This document shows, one piece after another, positions 48,351 through 57,517 of a stretch of 64,000 nucleotides of DNA. How positions within the stretch are numbered: the first letter of the stretch is position 1; each line of letters starts with the position of its first letter. This DNA comes from Nitrospirota bacterium (GTDB lineage Bacteria > Nitrospirota > Thermodesulfovibrionia > Thermodesulfovibrionales > Dissulfurispiraceae): the NCBI GenBank assembly GCA_040754455.1, contig JBFMCP010000002.1, positions 32,001 through 96,000 of the forward strand, in the 5' to 3' direction. A program made the translations under genes and the position numbers. The notes under the pieces are model-generated. The model worked only from the letters and a program-made list of their open reading frames with translations, was not told the DNA's origin and did no database searches.

Positions 48351-48362
48351 CATTTGGAGATC

Positions 48363-49661
48363 ATGTCATTCATCGGATCGATTAACGACAGGCTTCGACA
48401 GTTTTTCTGGACCCACGCCGGCAGGCTCGACGGCCGGCGCTGCTATATCGGCTGCTCGGGCAATTTCACCATTGAGCAGATCATATCGCGCCGCTGCAGC
48501 AACGTAGAGATCTACAGCAATGACGTGTCTCTTTATTCAAGCGCCCTCGGCCATATGCTGGCCGGCAAGTCCTTTGACATGGAAATAACGAACCCCGAGC
48601 TCTCCTGGGCGAATGAATACATCCGGAGGGGCGCTGCAGAGGGAGTCGGCACGCTCCTGCTCTTGCTCGAAATGCTGAAGTACGAGAAGCGCAAGAGCGC
48701 CTTTGCCGAGCGCATGTGGCAGTCGTATCTGATCAATTTCGAGGGGCTGCTCGACAAGACCCTGCAGCGGATCCAGAAGGCGTCTGAGCATATTCGTATC
48801 AAAGAATACACCATGGTCGACGTGTTCGATTACTACCCACGCCCTGACGGCGTGAGCATCGGCTTCCTGCCGACCTATGTGGGCGGGTACGAGAAGCTTT
48901 TCGCCCGCCTCGAGGAGTCGGTGCAGTGGCAGAGCCCACGCTACGAGCTGCTTACCACAGAGCGCCGTGAGGCCAGCGTCCAGAAAATGCTTGACGGTGA
49001 TTACATCCTCTATGATGACCGTGAGCGCGATCTCCCCTGCATCGCCCGCGTGGATCTCTTTGGCCGCAAGACGGTCTACATTTACAGCAACCTCGATGTC
49101 CGCCAGGGCGTGTTCCGGAAAAAGATAAACGAGAAGGTCCCGCGCTACGAAATCCTCATGCCGGATGAAGAGATCGCTCATGATGCCGAGGTCAAGCTCC
49201 TGCAGGTGGACCTTCCGACGATCAACCACTACCGCAATATGTTCCTGAGCAAGAAGATACAGCCCGGCTCCGGGGATCCCTGCTTCCTTGCTTTTGCCGG
49301 CGACAAGGTGTTCGGCTTCCTGATCTTTCAGACCTATTCGAAAAAGGGCGGTCCGTCCGATGAGATCTATCTGCTATCAGATTTCGTAGTGCCGAGTACT
49401 CGGTATCGCCGACTTGCGAAACTGCTGCTTCTGGCCGTCAAGTGCAGAGAGGTCAAGCAGCTCCTCGATGAAAAGCAGATACGGGAATTCGGGAGCATCC
49501 TGACTACCGCTTTTACCGATAAACCGGTGAGCATGAAATACCGCGGCGTCTTCGAGCTCGCAAAGCGCGGCGAGGGCTTTCTGAATTACCGGGCCGAATT
49601 CGACAACACATCCCTGAAGGAGGTCATACAGCTATGGATGAAAAAATACGAGAAACAGTAG
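48363..49661 (+). CDS. Putative DNA-modification protein: degenerate adenine-MTase-like N-domain plus GNAT/Mom-like C-domain
   Basis: FIGS, YIGCSGNF, YSNDVS, FLPTY; C-terminal YLLSDF...RRLAKLL...TTAFTDKPVSMKYRG. Confidence 0.65.
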   Translation: MSFIGSINDRLRQFFWTHAGRLDGRRCYIGCSGNFTIEQIISRRCSNVEIYSNDVSLYSSALGHMLAGKSFDMEITNPELSWANEYIRRGAAEGVGTLLLLLEMLKYEKRKSAFAERMWQSYLINFEGLLDKTLQRIQKASEHIRIKEYTMVDVFDYYPRPDGVSIGFLPTYVGGYEKLFARLEESVQWQSPRYELLTTERREASVQKMLDGDYILYDDRERDLPCIARVDLFGRKTVYIYSNLDVRQGVFRKKINEKVPRYEILMPDEEIAHDAEVKLLQVDLPTINHYRNMFLSKKIQPGSGDPCFLAFAGDKVFGFLIFQTYSKKGGPSDEIYLLSDFVVPSTRYRRLAKLLLLAVKCREVKQLLDEKQIREFGSILTTAFTDKPVSMKYRGVFELAKRGEGFLNYRAEFDNTSLKEVIQLWMKKYEKQ

Positions 49662-50428
49662 ACCAGCTTAATTCATTCCTGGGCGATATGCCGTACAAGG
49701 TCGATATTGTGGATCCACGTGAGCTAACACTGCTCGAAAAGAACGCCCGATACATGACGCATGAAATGTTCCAAAACCTCGTGACCAACATCAAGAGAGA
49801 TGGTGGGCTGTCCTCCCTGCCACTGGTCTATTATGAAAAGGACGGCCGGAAGATCGTCCTGAGCGGTAATCACCGTGTCCAGGCGGCCGTCGCTGCAGAG
49901 GTCCCGTGGATCCTTATCCTCAGGATCGACAGGGAGCTCTCCCGGCAAGAGCAGGTTGCCATTCAGCTGTCGCATAACGCTATCGAGGGGAAGGATGATC
50001 CTGTTGTCCTGAAGGGCCTGTGGGGGGAGATCCTCGATATCGACCTGAAGCTTTACGCAGGCCTCGACAGCGAAACACTGAAGGAGCTTGAAAAGATGCA
50101 GTTCGCTACCATCTCAGAGGCAGCGCCCGATTTTAAGCAGATGGTCATGATGTTCCTTCCCGAGGAGCTGGAGGAATTAAAGCAGTTGATCGAGGGTATT
50201 GATCACTTCTTTTCCGGTGATGTGAACTACGTTGCCGCACGGGAGCACTATGAGCATGTGTTTAAAATGCTCGTCGAGATAAAGGAAAAGTTCAATATCG
50301 TGAACAACCCGACTGCCTTTATGAAGATGGTCGAAATGGCAAAGCTGTACATGGAAGGGTTGCCGCCGGCAGAGGTCAAAAAAGATGCCAAAGCCGCAGA
50401 CGCTACTTCAACAAAATCAAAAGCTTAG
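49634..50428 (+). CDS. ParB N-terminal domain protein associated with the modification gene
   Basis: EKNARYM...NIKRDG...VLSGNHRV...LSHNAIEG. Confidence 0.8.
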   Translation: MDEKIRETVDQLNSFLGDMPYKVDIVDPRELTLLEKNARYMTHEMFQNLVTNIKRDGGLSSLPLVYYEKDGRKIVLSGNHRVQAAVAAEVPWILILRIDRELSRQEQVAIQLSHNAIEGKDDPVVLKGLWGEILDIDLKLYAGLDSETLKELEKMQFATISEAAPDFKQMVMMFLPEELEELKQLIEGIDHFFSGDVNYVAAREHYEHVFKMLVEIKEKFNIVNNPTAFMKMVEMAKLYMEGLPPAEVKKDAKAADATSTKSKA

Positions 50429-50786
50429 TTCCCCGCGTGTAAAGCCGTAAAGCAAGGAAATATTTTTTTGCATACAGATATACCTATGCTTTTCCACGCC
50501 TCACAAAATCAAAAACTTAGGATGATGTTTTCTCTTGCTTCGACACGGTATCGAGCCTCTGAATGCGCTACATTTTGGGTGCAATCACAGGCACAATATT
50601 CCCCGAGATCACGAAGCTTTTTTTTATCGGTGCGTAATTTTACGTAATCAATCGAAATCGTCTTTCTTTATCAGCGTACCTCTGCGTATCGCCCCGCTTC
50701 CCTGTGTATCCACATTGCCCCAGGTAAGGTACAAAGTTAGGATTAAATCAACATAACACATTGCACAGCGAAGGAGGGGAAAGGAT

Positions 50787-51035
50787 ATGCGATATGTGAC
50801 GGTGGGATTGACGGCAGAGCAAGCGCATTTTGTATCAGACATGCAGAGGCATTATGAGCGGATGGCGGGAGAGGCGATTCCGCTGCACCGCGCAATAGAG
50901 CGCATTATTGAATGCGCCATGCTGGAAAGAAAGGAGGTTAATGGAGAGGAAGAAAATTGGAAGGGCACGGCGGCCACCGTGCCCCACGTAAGCACCCCTA
51001 ACCCAAACACGAGAAAGGAGCTAACACTATGGTAG
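50787..51035 (+). CDS. Small ribbon-helix-helix-like regulator
   Basis: AAGGAGG RBS; N-terminal alternating beta strand MRYVTVGLT followed by two helices. Confidence 0.45.
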   Translation: MRYVTVGLTAEQAHFVSDMQRHYERMAGEAIPLHRAIERIIECAMLERKEVNGEEENWKGTAATVPHVSTPNPNTRKELTLW

Positions 51036-53383
51036 CAACGGCAGCAGTCGAAGTCAACGCAAAGAGGATCGCATCATTGAGGAAAGTAGCAGACGGAATG
51101 ACAAAGCAGATCGAGGAGAAGTTGAACTCGGCCACCAGCAAGCAGCGCCCCACCCGGCGGCGCGCAAAGATAGCCGACAGTCTGGAGCAGGAAGGCCGGA
51201 CCCTGCAAAAGGTCCAGCACGCGCTCAATGCGATCGCTGACGGCCTTGAGAGCGGCACGCTCCCCGAGAGCCTTGCGAAGCTCTCTAACCGGGTGCAAGT
51301 GGACGACCTCATCAGATTGAGCCGTCCATCTGATCGCCTGGAGGCCCTCGGCATCGATTTCGAGCGGGCCAAGGCCGATATCATGGAGATCATTAAAGAC
51401 GCTGTCCCGGTCGTCAGCCTGCAGGAAGCGAAGATCCGGAAGATGGAGCGCGACCTGATCGGCACCAAGATCCCCGGTTATTTCCCTACTCCCCGTGAGA
51501 TAGTTGAAGAGATGCTCCAGTCGGCGGATATCGCGCCCGGCATGAAGGTCCTGGAGCCGAGCGCCGGCAAGGGCAACATCGCGGATGTCATCAGAGAGCT
51601 TTATCCTGAGGTGGAGCTGTCGGTTGTCGAGCGCAATTGGACACTTTGCGAGATACTGAAAGAAAAAGAGCACAATCTTGTCGGTTATGATTTCTTGCTG
51701 CACGAGGGCAGGTATGACCGCATCATCATGAACCCGCCGTTCGAGAACGGGCAGGATATGGACCACGTGCGCCATGCCTATTCGCACCTGAATCCGGGCG
51801 GCATTGTAGTATCCATCGTATGCGAGGGCGCCTTTTGTCGGACCGATAAGAAGGCCTGCGATTTTAAAGACTGGATGACCGAAATCGGCGGTACATCCTT
51901 CAGTCTGCCGAGCGGATCCTTCAGCATGGGAGAGCGGTCCACGGGAGTCAATACAAGAATCGTCGTCCTCTACAAGGAAGAGTCGGCAGCGGAAGAAGCT
52001 GCGACCGAGACGGAAGAAGACATGGTGGCTTTTGGAGAAGGGTCTGAACAGCCGGCGGCTGAGGTCGTTCAAACTCCCGATGCGGAGCCGGAGCTAGCTA
52101 TCTGCCGGACATGCAAAGGCAGGGGAGAGATCGAGAATATCAAATGCGCGGACTGCAAAGGCACCGGATGGGCTGTCGTAGAAAAGGTCATTCACGAGGA
52201 CTGCAATGGACATGGCTGTGATGCCTGCCATGACGGTTGGATCGCAAGACAGGTGAATGCCGAGCCCAACGGCGTTCTTTCGCCGGACCAGACGCAGAAA
52301 GACCTGAACCTGAAGCATCCAGCAGGAGACCGAAAGCGCGGCACGCTGACCCTTATTCGCAATGAGTTCGAGGAATGTCTAAAGGCCGCTCTCGACATCG
52401 CCGAGCGGAGAAACACCATGCCGATTCTCTCGCATATCCACATCAAGGCTGAGGAGGGCGCCTGCCGCATCGAGGCCACCGATATTGAAAACTCATGGAG
52501 CAAGGTGATTGTCGCCAATCCGGTCTACGGCGCCGTCGATATGTGCGTCCCGCTCCATCTTCTCGCCAAAGAGGTCAGCGCGCTCCACGCAGACATCAAG
52601 ACCGTAGAGCTGTCGTTCAAGGGCAATACGGTAAAAGTCAACGGCAGGTGCGATATCTTCACTCTTCGCGGTGATGAATTCCCGGCCCTCAAAATTATCG
52701 AGGGCACCGAAGTTGCGATGAAGGGACTTCCGGCGAAGATCAAAAGAGTACTCGTAGCAGCAGGCGAGAGTGATACCCGGTATGTGCTCAACGGTGTCTA
52801 TATTGATTTGCAGAAAGGGCGCATCGTGGCGACCGACGGCCACCGGCTGCACATTGATGATATCGAGAAATCAGAGATGCCGAGTGTCATTCTTTCACGC
52901 AAGACAGCCGGGCTGATCGCCAAGCATGGCGCTGATACGCTCGTTTTCGGTGATGGGCATGTATCCTGCGCACTTGCCGGAGGTGTTCTGGTATCGAGGC
53001 TCCACGAAGGCACCTATCCGAACTACGAGAATGTAATCCCCAAAGAGCTCCCGATCAAGGCGACCTTCAGCGGGGCGGAGATGCTCAAGGTCCTTGAGGG
53101 AGCGGTCCCTATAGCGGCATCGAAGAGCAACGCGGTCAAGCTCTCGTTCAACGGGCAGATCGACGTGCATTCCACGAATCCCGATATTGGGCAATATCAC
53201 TGGTACGTGCCCTGCGAAAAAACAGGGGACGATATCTCTATAGCGATCAATGCACAGTATCTTATCGACTCCATCCGGTCATACACGACCAAGGAGAATG
53301 ATACTGTTATAATGGAGATCAACGAGCAGCTGACCCCGGTGCTCATCAACAGCAGGGCTGTCGTAATGCCCATGAGGTTATAG
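51029..53383 (+). CDS. DNA adenine methyltransferase - zinc finger - DnaN (beta sliding clamp) fusion
   Basis: YFPTP, LEPSAGKG, MNPPF; CRTCKGRG...CADCKGTG; clamp motifs NTMPILS, EATD, DEFP, DTRYVLNGV, VATDGHRL, SRLHEGTYPNY, terminal VVMPMRL. Confidence 0.88.
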   Translation: MVATAAVEVNAKRIASLRKVADGMTKQIEEKLNSATSKQRPTRRRAKIADSLEQEGRTLQKVQHALNAIADGLESGTLPESLAKLSNRVQVDDLIRLSRPSDRLEALGIDFERAKADIMEIIKDAVPVVSLQEAKIRKMERDLIGTKIPGYFPTPREIVEEMLQSADIAPGMKVLEPSAGKGNIADVIRELYPEVELSVVERNWTLCEILKEKEHNLVGYDFLLHEGRYDRIIMNPPFENGQDMDHVRHAYSHLNPGGIVVSIVCEGAFCRTDKKACDFKDWMTEIGGTSFSLPSGSFSMGERSTGVNTRIVVLYKEESAAEEAATETEEDMVAFGEGSEQPAAEVVQTPDAEPELAICRTCKGRGEIENIKCADCKGTGWAVVEKVIHEDCNGHGCDACHDGWIARQVNAEPNGVLSPDQTQKDLNLKHPAGDRKRGTLTLIRNEFEECLKAALDIAERRNTMPILSHIHIKAEEGACRIEATDIENSWSKVIVANPVYGAVDMCVPLHLLAKEVSALHADIKTVELSFKGNTVKVNGRCDIFTLRGDEFPALKIIEGTEVAMKGLPAKIKRVLVAAGESDTRYVLNGVYIDLQKGRIVATDGHRLHIDDIEKSEMPSVILSRKTAGLIAKHGADTLVFGDGHVSCALAGGVLVSRLHEGTYPNYENVIPKELPIKATFSGAEMLKVLEGAVPIAASKSNAVKLSFNGQIDVHSTNPDIGQYHWYVPCEKTGDDISIAINAQYLIDSIRSYTTKENDTVIMEINEQLTPVLINSRAVVMPMRL

Positions 53384-53384
53384 G

Positions 53385-53816
53385 ATGATCTATTCAATCG
53401 GCTATCAGAAAAGGAAGCTCTCCGAGATAGTCAGTGTGATGGAGGAAAAGGACATCGACCTGCTGGTCGATGTCCGCTCCGTCCCCTACTCGCGGAAGCC
53501 GGAGTTTAACCGCAACCGCCTGCAGGAGGCCCTCGGCTCCCGTTATGAGTGGATGGGCGAGGTCCTGGGCGGCAAAAAGGGGCCTGCAAAGGAGATCGGC
53601 ATCAAAAAACTGCTCTTCCTTCACGGCCAGGGCAGGCGCCTGCTCCTGATGTGCATGGAGCATCACCCCTGCGACTGCCACCGGCTCTATGATATCTCCC
53701 GGCGACTCGCAAAGAGGGGCGTTGAGGTAGTGCACCTTTTCGACGGCCATGAGCAGACGACCGACGAACTATCAGAGGAGGCATGCAATGAACGCAAAAA
53801 AGATAGAAATAGATAG
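53385..53816 (+). CDS. DUF488-family protein
   Basis: IYSIGY, LVDVRSVPYSR, LGG, LMCME...CHR. Confidence 0.82.
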   Translation: MIYSIGYQKRKLSEIVSVMEEKDIDLLVDVRSVPYSRKPEFNRNRLQEALGSRYEWMGEVLGGKKGPAKEIGIKKLLFLHGQGRRLLLMCMEHHPCDCHRLYDISRRLAKRGVEVVHLFDGHEQTTDELSEEACNERKKDRNR

Positions 53817-54696
53817 TGAGGGCAAAGCAGCGACACATCTGCTCTTCCCCAATCCGGACCAGCCGCGGAAGATCTTCAAGCAAGGTCCTCTCGAGGAGCT
53901 GGCCCTCTCCATCCGGGAGAAGGGGCTTATCGAACCGATTGTCATCACCCCGTACGGCAAGATCATTGCCGGCGAGCGGAGATGGCGGGCGAGCATGATG
54001 GAGGGCACCATCCAGACCGAGCGCGGTCCGATACAGATAACTCCTGTGGAACGGGTGCCGGTGATCACCAAAAACGCTAGCGAACGGGAGATCGCCGAGC
54101 TCGCACTTCTGGAGAACTGGCAGCGCGAAGACCTCACCATTATGGAAGAAGCGATGGAGTTTAAGAAGCGGCTTGCTGAGGGGTGGACCAAAGAGGACCT
54201 TGCAAGGATCCTCGGCCTTAAACAGACCTGGCGCATCGATGAGCGCTTGAGCCTCCTGAACCTCACCCCTGAATACCAGCAGATGGTAGCCGAAGGGAAG
54301 ATCGGCAACTCCGAGGCCTTCGAGATGAGTCGTGTTACCCCTGCCAAGCAGGGTGTGGTGCTGAAAAAGATCGTTTCCGGGGAGCTGAATACCTACAACA
54401 AGCTCAGGGCCTTTGTGGACGGAATGATCGCACTGGAGAGCCAGGGCAACATCTTCGATCTCAATTCCCTTTCGGAGGAAGAGCAGTCGTCGATCAGGAG
54501 CTTCGATGGCATGCTCGCCGGCATTGAGCGGTTCATCGGCAAGTTCAGAGATGAGGAGCGGATCGCGCTTCTCAAAAAAGCAGGCTTCCGCGCGGACATC
54601 AAGTCCGAGCGCCTCGACCTCATCATCAAGGAGCTGCAGGGGATACGGAAAATTATCCTTGCCGGCAAGGGGATCAAAGACGCCATGGCCGCTTAA
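53788..54696 (+). CDS. ParB/RepB/Spo0J family protein
   Basis: PNPDQPRK.F, LIEPIV, IIAGERRWRA, ENWQREDL. Confidence 0.9.
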   Translation: MNAKKIEIDSEGKAATHLLFPNPDQPRKIFKQGPLEELALSIREKGLIEPIVITPYGKIIAGERRWRASMMEGTIQTERGPIQITPVERVPVITKNASEREIAELALLENWQREDLTIMEEAMEFKKRLAEGWTKEDLARILGLKQTWRIDERLSLLNLTPEYQQMVAEGKIGNSEAFEMSRVTPAKQGVVLKKIVSGELNTYNKLRAFVDGMIALESQGNIFDLNSLSEEEQSSIRSFDGMLAGIERFIGKFRDEERIALLKKAGFRADIKSERLDLIIKELQGIRKIILAGKGIKDAMAA

Positions 54697-54730
54697 CTGT
54701 CAAATCATGAAATAGTTTTCTGCTATTAAT
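54697..54730 (+). promoter_or_regulatory. Late promoter copy 2 (terminase operon)
   Basis: CTGTCAAATCATGAAATA-9 bp-TATTAAT. Confidence 0.7.
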
Positions 54731-54763
54731 AGCCCAAAGGTTAACACCGGAGGGCTATTTAAT

Positions 54764-55669
54764 TTGGCAGACAACAAAGACGAAATTCTGGCGCAACTGA
54801 AGAAGAAACTCACGCTTATCAGGGTGAGCATCAGCAACGCCGTCAGACATCTCAACGAAGGCAGAGTCGTTCCTGCGAGCACGATCGACGATCTATATAC
54901 CCAGGAGACACAAATCCTCAAACAGATCGAAAGGCTCGAAAAGGAAGAGGATACCCCTCCACCTCCATCGGAATCCTCGGGCGAAGCCGGCGCCGAAGAG
55001 GAAGAGTACGGCATCCCGAAAGAGCTCCGCATTATGCGCCGTCCCTACACCATGACCGAAGAGGCGCGCCAGCAGCGGCAGAATGCGGCGAAGAGTCCCG
55101 CGAAAGCCGATGCCATGAAGGGGAACCGCAACGCCTGGAAGCACGGGCAGTATGCCGAGGGATTGGTGCGGAGCGTATTTCCTCCCTGCAAAACTACCTG
55201 TCGTCATTTTAAAAAATGTGAGCACGTTGCGAACGGCGAGACAGAGCCCGGCGAGATATGTCTTGACAATGCGCAGCTCATAAAGAATCTCCAGGCTGTT
55301 GAGAAAGCCATGAGAGACGGACAGCTTGGGGATTTGAAAGACCTTGCGGCTGTACAGATCGCCGGCGGGATAGAGGTTATCCAGCGATTGATTGCCGATA
55401 TCCTGACGGACGGAACGCTGGTAAAGTCGCTGATCTTCGGCAAGGATGGACAGCAGCTCGGTTACAAGGTTATGAATCACCCGTCGCTTTTGCCGCTGTG
55501 GAAAGGCATGGAGGTCCTGGGGATCACGCCCACAAACTTCATGATCACGCCGCAGATCGTGAAGAAGTTTGATACCGAAGAAAAGGTGGCTAATACTCTT
55601 GGCGCGGCAATGGGCCGCGCGGCGGCTGCTGCCCAGCGTGCGCGCGAGAAGAAGCCACAGCAGCAGTGA
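54764..55669 (+). CDS. Probable terminase small subunit
   Basis: KGNRNAWKHG motif, NHP motif, Cys cluster; GTGA-coupled to the large subunit. Confidence 0.7.
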   Translation: MADNKDEILAQLKKKLTLIRVSISNAVRHLNEGRVVPASTIDDLYTQETQILKQIERLEKEEDTPPPPSESSGEAGAEEEEYGIPKELRIMRRPYTMTEEARQQRQNAAKSPAKADAMKGNRNAWKHGQYAEGLVRSVFPPCKTTCRHFKKCEHVANGETEPGEICLDNAQLIKNLQAVEKAMRDGQLGDLKDLAAVQIAGGIEVIQRLIADILTDGTLVKSLIFGKDGQQLGYKVMNHPSLLPLWKGMEVLGITPTNFMITPQIVKKFDTEEKVANTLGAAMGRAAAAAQRAREKKPQQQ

Positions 55670-57504
55670 AGCCCTTCATTGATACGGTTGAGCCTGTAAC
55701 GATGGATGACCTCCGCAAGGCGATCCTTGTTCCCCGTGAAGATTTCGAGAAGTGGCTGGAGCTGCATAATTGGACTTACCACCAACTGGCCCGAAAAGAA
55801 TACCCCGAGCCCTACGAAGACCTGCAGCAGTTCCAGCTTGCCTGCTATTGCTCATCACCGCTCCTATGGATACCTGCTTTTTTAAGGGAGCCTGAAGACC
55901 CCGATCACCAGGACTCTTATACGCTTTGGGACTATCAGGAGGACTCTATTGCATATCCCGGCCACACGATACACAAGTGCGGCGCCGAGGTGGGCAAGAC
56001 CCGCGAGATCGTCGCGTACGCGCTTTATAAAGCCTTTACCGTGCAGAACGGCTCCGGGCTGATAGGCGCGCCGCAGCAGACGCACCTGGACGAAATCATC
56101 GAGGCGATGCTCGAACAGCTCGACTTCAACGAGGACCTGAAGCCTTCGCTTGTGGAGCACAAGAAACATCCGCATCACCGGTTCAGGTTCGATACCAGGT
56201 TCAAACTCTATTTCAGGCCGGCCGGACATGACGGCGAGGCATACAGAGGAATACACGTGCGGACATTCGCCATCAAGGATGAAGCGGCGAAACTGGATCA
56301 TAAAAAACAGTGGTCGGAGTTTTTCCGTGCGGTCAAGCCCGGTTGTGTGGTGAAGCTCTACTCGGTGCCCGACGGCCGGCGCGATACGGAATTCTACCGG
56401 TTGAGCAAACTTGCCGAGGGCGAGAAAGACACGGAGATCGAAGCGTTCAAAGAGGCATCGAACCATATTAAGGAGATCAAATTCCAGCTCTTTAAATGGC
56501 CGAAGATGTTGATGCCTTCGCCGTACTGGTCGCCTGAGAGAAAGAAGTTCTATATAGATCTTTACGGCGGAGAGGATTCGCCGGAGTATAAGCACAATGT
56601 CTTGGGTGAGGACGGGGATCCTGCCAACTCTGTTTTCCCATGGCAACAGTTCAGGTACTGCATTAAAGAGATCCCTGAGTACCGCGCGTTGAAGATCATG
56701 GTCGATTCAGCCAATGGAGAAGTGAGCGCCTATGGGTACCGATGCGAGTATGTGGCCGGAGACAGCGGGCCGGTCCCCAAGGCTGTTACCATCCTCGACA
56801 CGACTTACCGCCTGGCCGGCTTTTTCGATTATGTGGAGGGCGAGGAGTCCGAGTTCAGGAAGCTCATCAAGAGCTTTTTCGATGAGACACGCGAGGGCGC
56901 CAAGGAGGGTGGCGGCGACTTCGGCTATACCGGGGATCCCACGGAGCTGATTGTGCATAAGAGGATCGGCAAGAAGGACAGGTGGGTGGCCCGGCTCCAG
57001 CTGCGGCAAGTCACCTACGACCAGCAGTGCCAAGCGCTCGATGCGATCGACGATATCTTCGAACCGAAAGAGTCCCTTGGATGGGGGACCGACTTCGGCA
57101 ACGCCGGCTCCGCGGTTGCTCACGATCTGCAGGGGCTCCCACAGTATCGGGACAAAGACTATGACGACCGGCTTCGGGGATTCATGTTCGAGTCGACAAC
57201 GGACAATGTAGATGAAGAGGGGACCCCTATCATTGACGCCAAGACAGGGAAGCCGGCGAAGATCACGCTCAAAGAACTGGCGACCGATATCCTTGTAAAG
57301 AAGATGCAGCGCATGGAGCTGGAGTATCCGCCCGACCCTGACATCGTTGTCTCTTACACCGGGCATACCTGCACCTACGGCAGCAAGCACAGGATCTACT
57401 CGAAGAGTAACGACCATCTTATTGACGCAGATAGAGCAAGAGTGCTTGCAAAACTTTTTATGAATGAAACCGGCCGCGACGACGTGTTTGCAAGCGGAAA
57501 TTGA
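55666..57504 (+). CDS. Terminase large subunit
   Basis: GAEVGKT Walker A, IKDEAA Walker B, GGDFG and DHLIDA nuclease motifs. Confidence 0.88.
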   Translation: MKPFIDTVEPVTMDDLRKAILVPREDFEKWLELHNWTYHQLARKEYPEPYEDLQQFQLACYCSSPLLWIPAFLREPEDPDHQDSYTLWDYQEDSIAYPGHTIHKCGAEVGKTREIVAYALYKAFTVQNGSGLIGAPQQTHLDEIIEAMLEQLDFNEDLKPSLVEHKKHPHHRFRFDTRFKLYFRPAGHDGEAYRGIHVRTFAIKDEAAKLDHKKQWSEFFRAVKPGCVVKLYSVPDGRRDTEFYRLSKLAEGEKDTEIEAFKEASNHIKEIKFQLFKWPKMLMPSPYWSPERKKFYIDLYGGEDSPEYKHNVLGEDGDPANSVFPWQQFRYCIKEIPEYRALKIMVDSANGEVSAYGYRCEYVAGDSGPVPKAVTILDTTYRLAGFFDYVEGEESEFRKLIKSFFDETREGAKEGGGDFGYTGDPTELIVHKRIGKKDRWVARLQLRQVTYDQQCQALDAIDDIFEPKESLGWGTDFGNAGSAVAHDLQGLPQYRDKDYDDRLRGFMFESTTDNVDEEGTPIIDAKTGKPAKITLKELATDILVKKMQRMELEYPPDPDIVVSYTGHTCTYGSKHRIYSKSNDHLIDADRARVLAKLFMNETGRDDVFASGN

Positions 57505-57517
57505 TAAGGAGCGAGCT

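Noticed and set aside
52343..53383. Host dnaN marking a chromosomal origin region
   Set aside because: No dnaA, recF or gyrB context; the clamp is fused in frame to a methylase inside the prophage.
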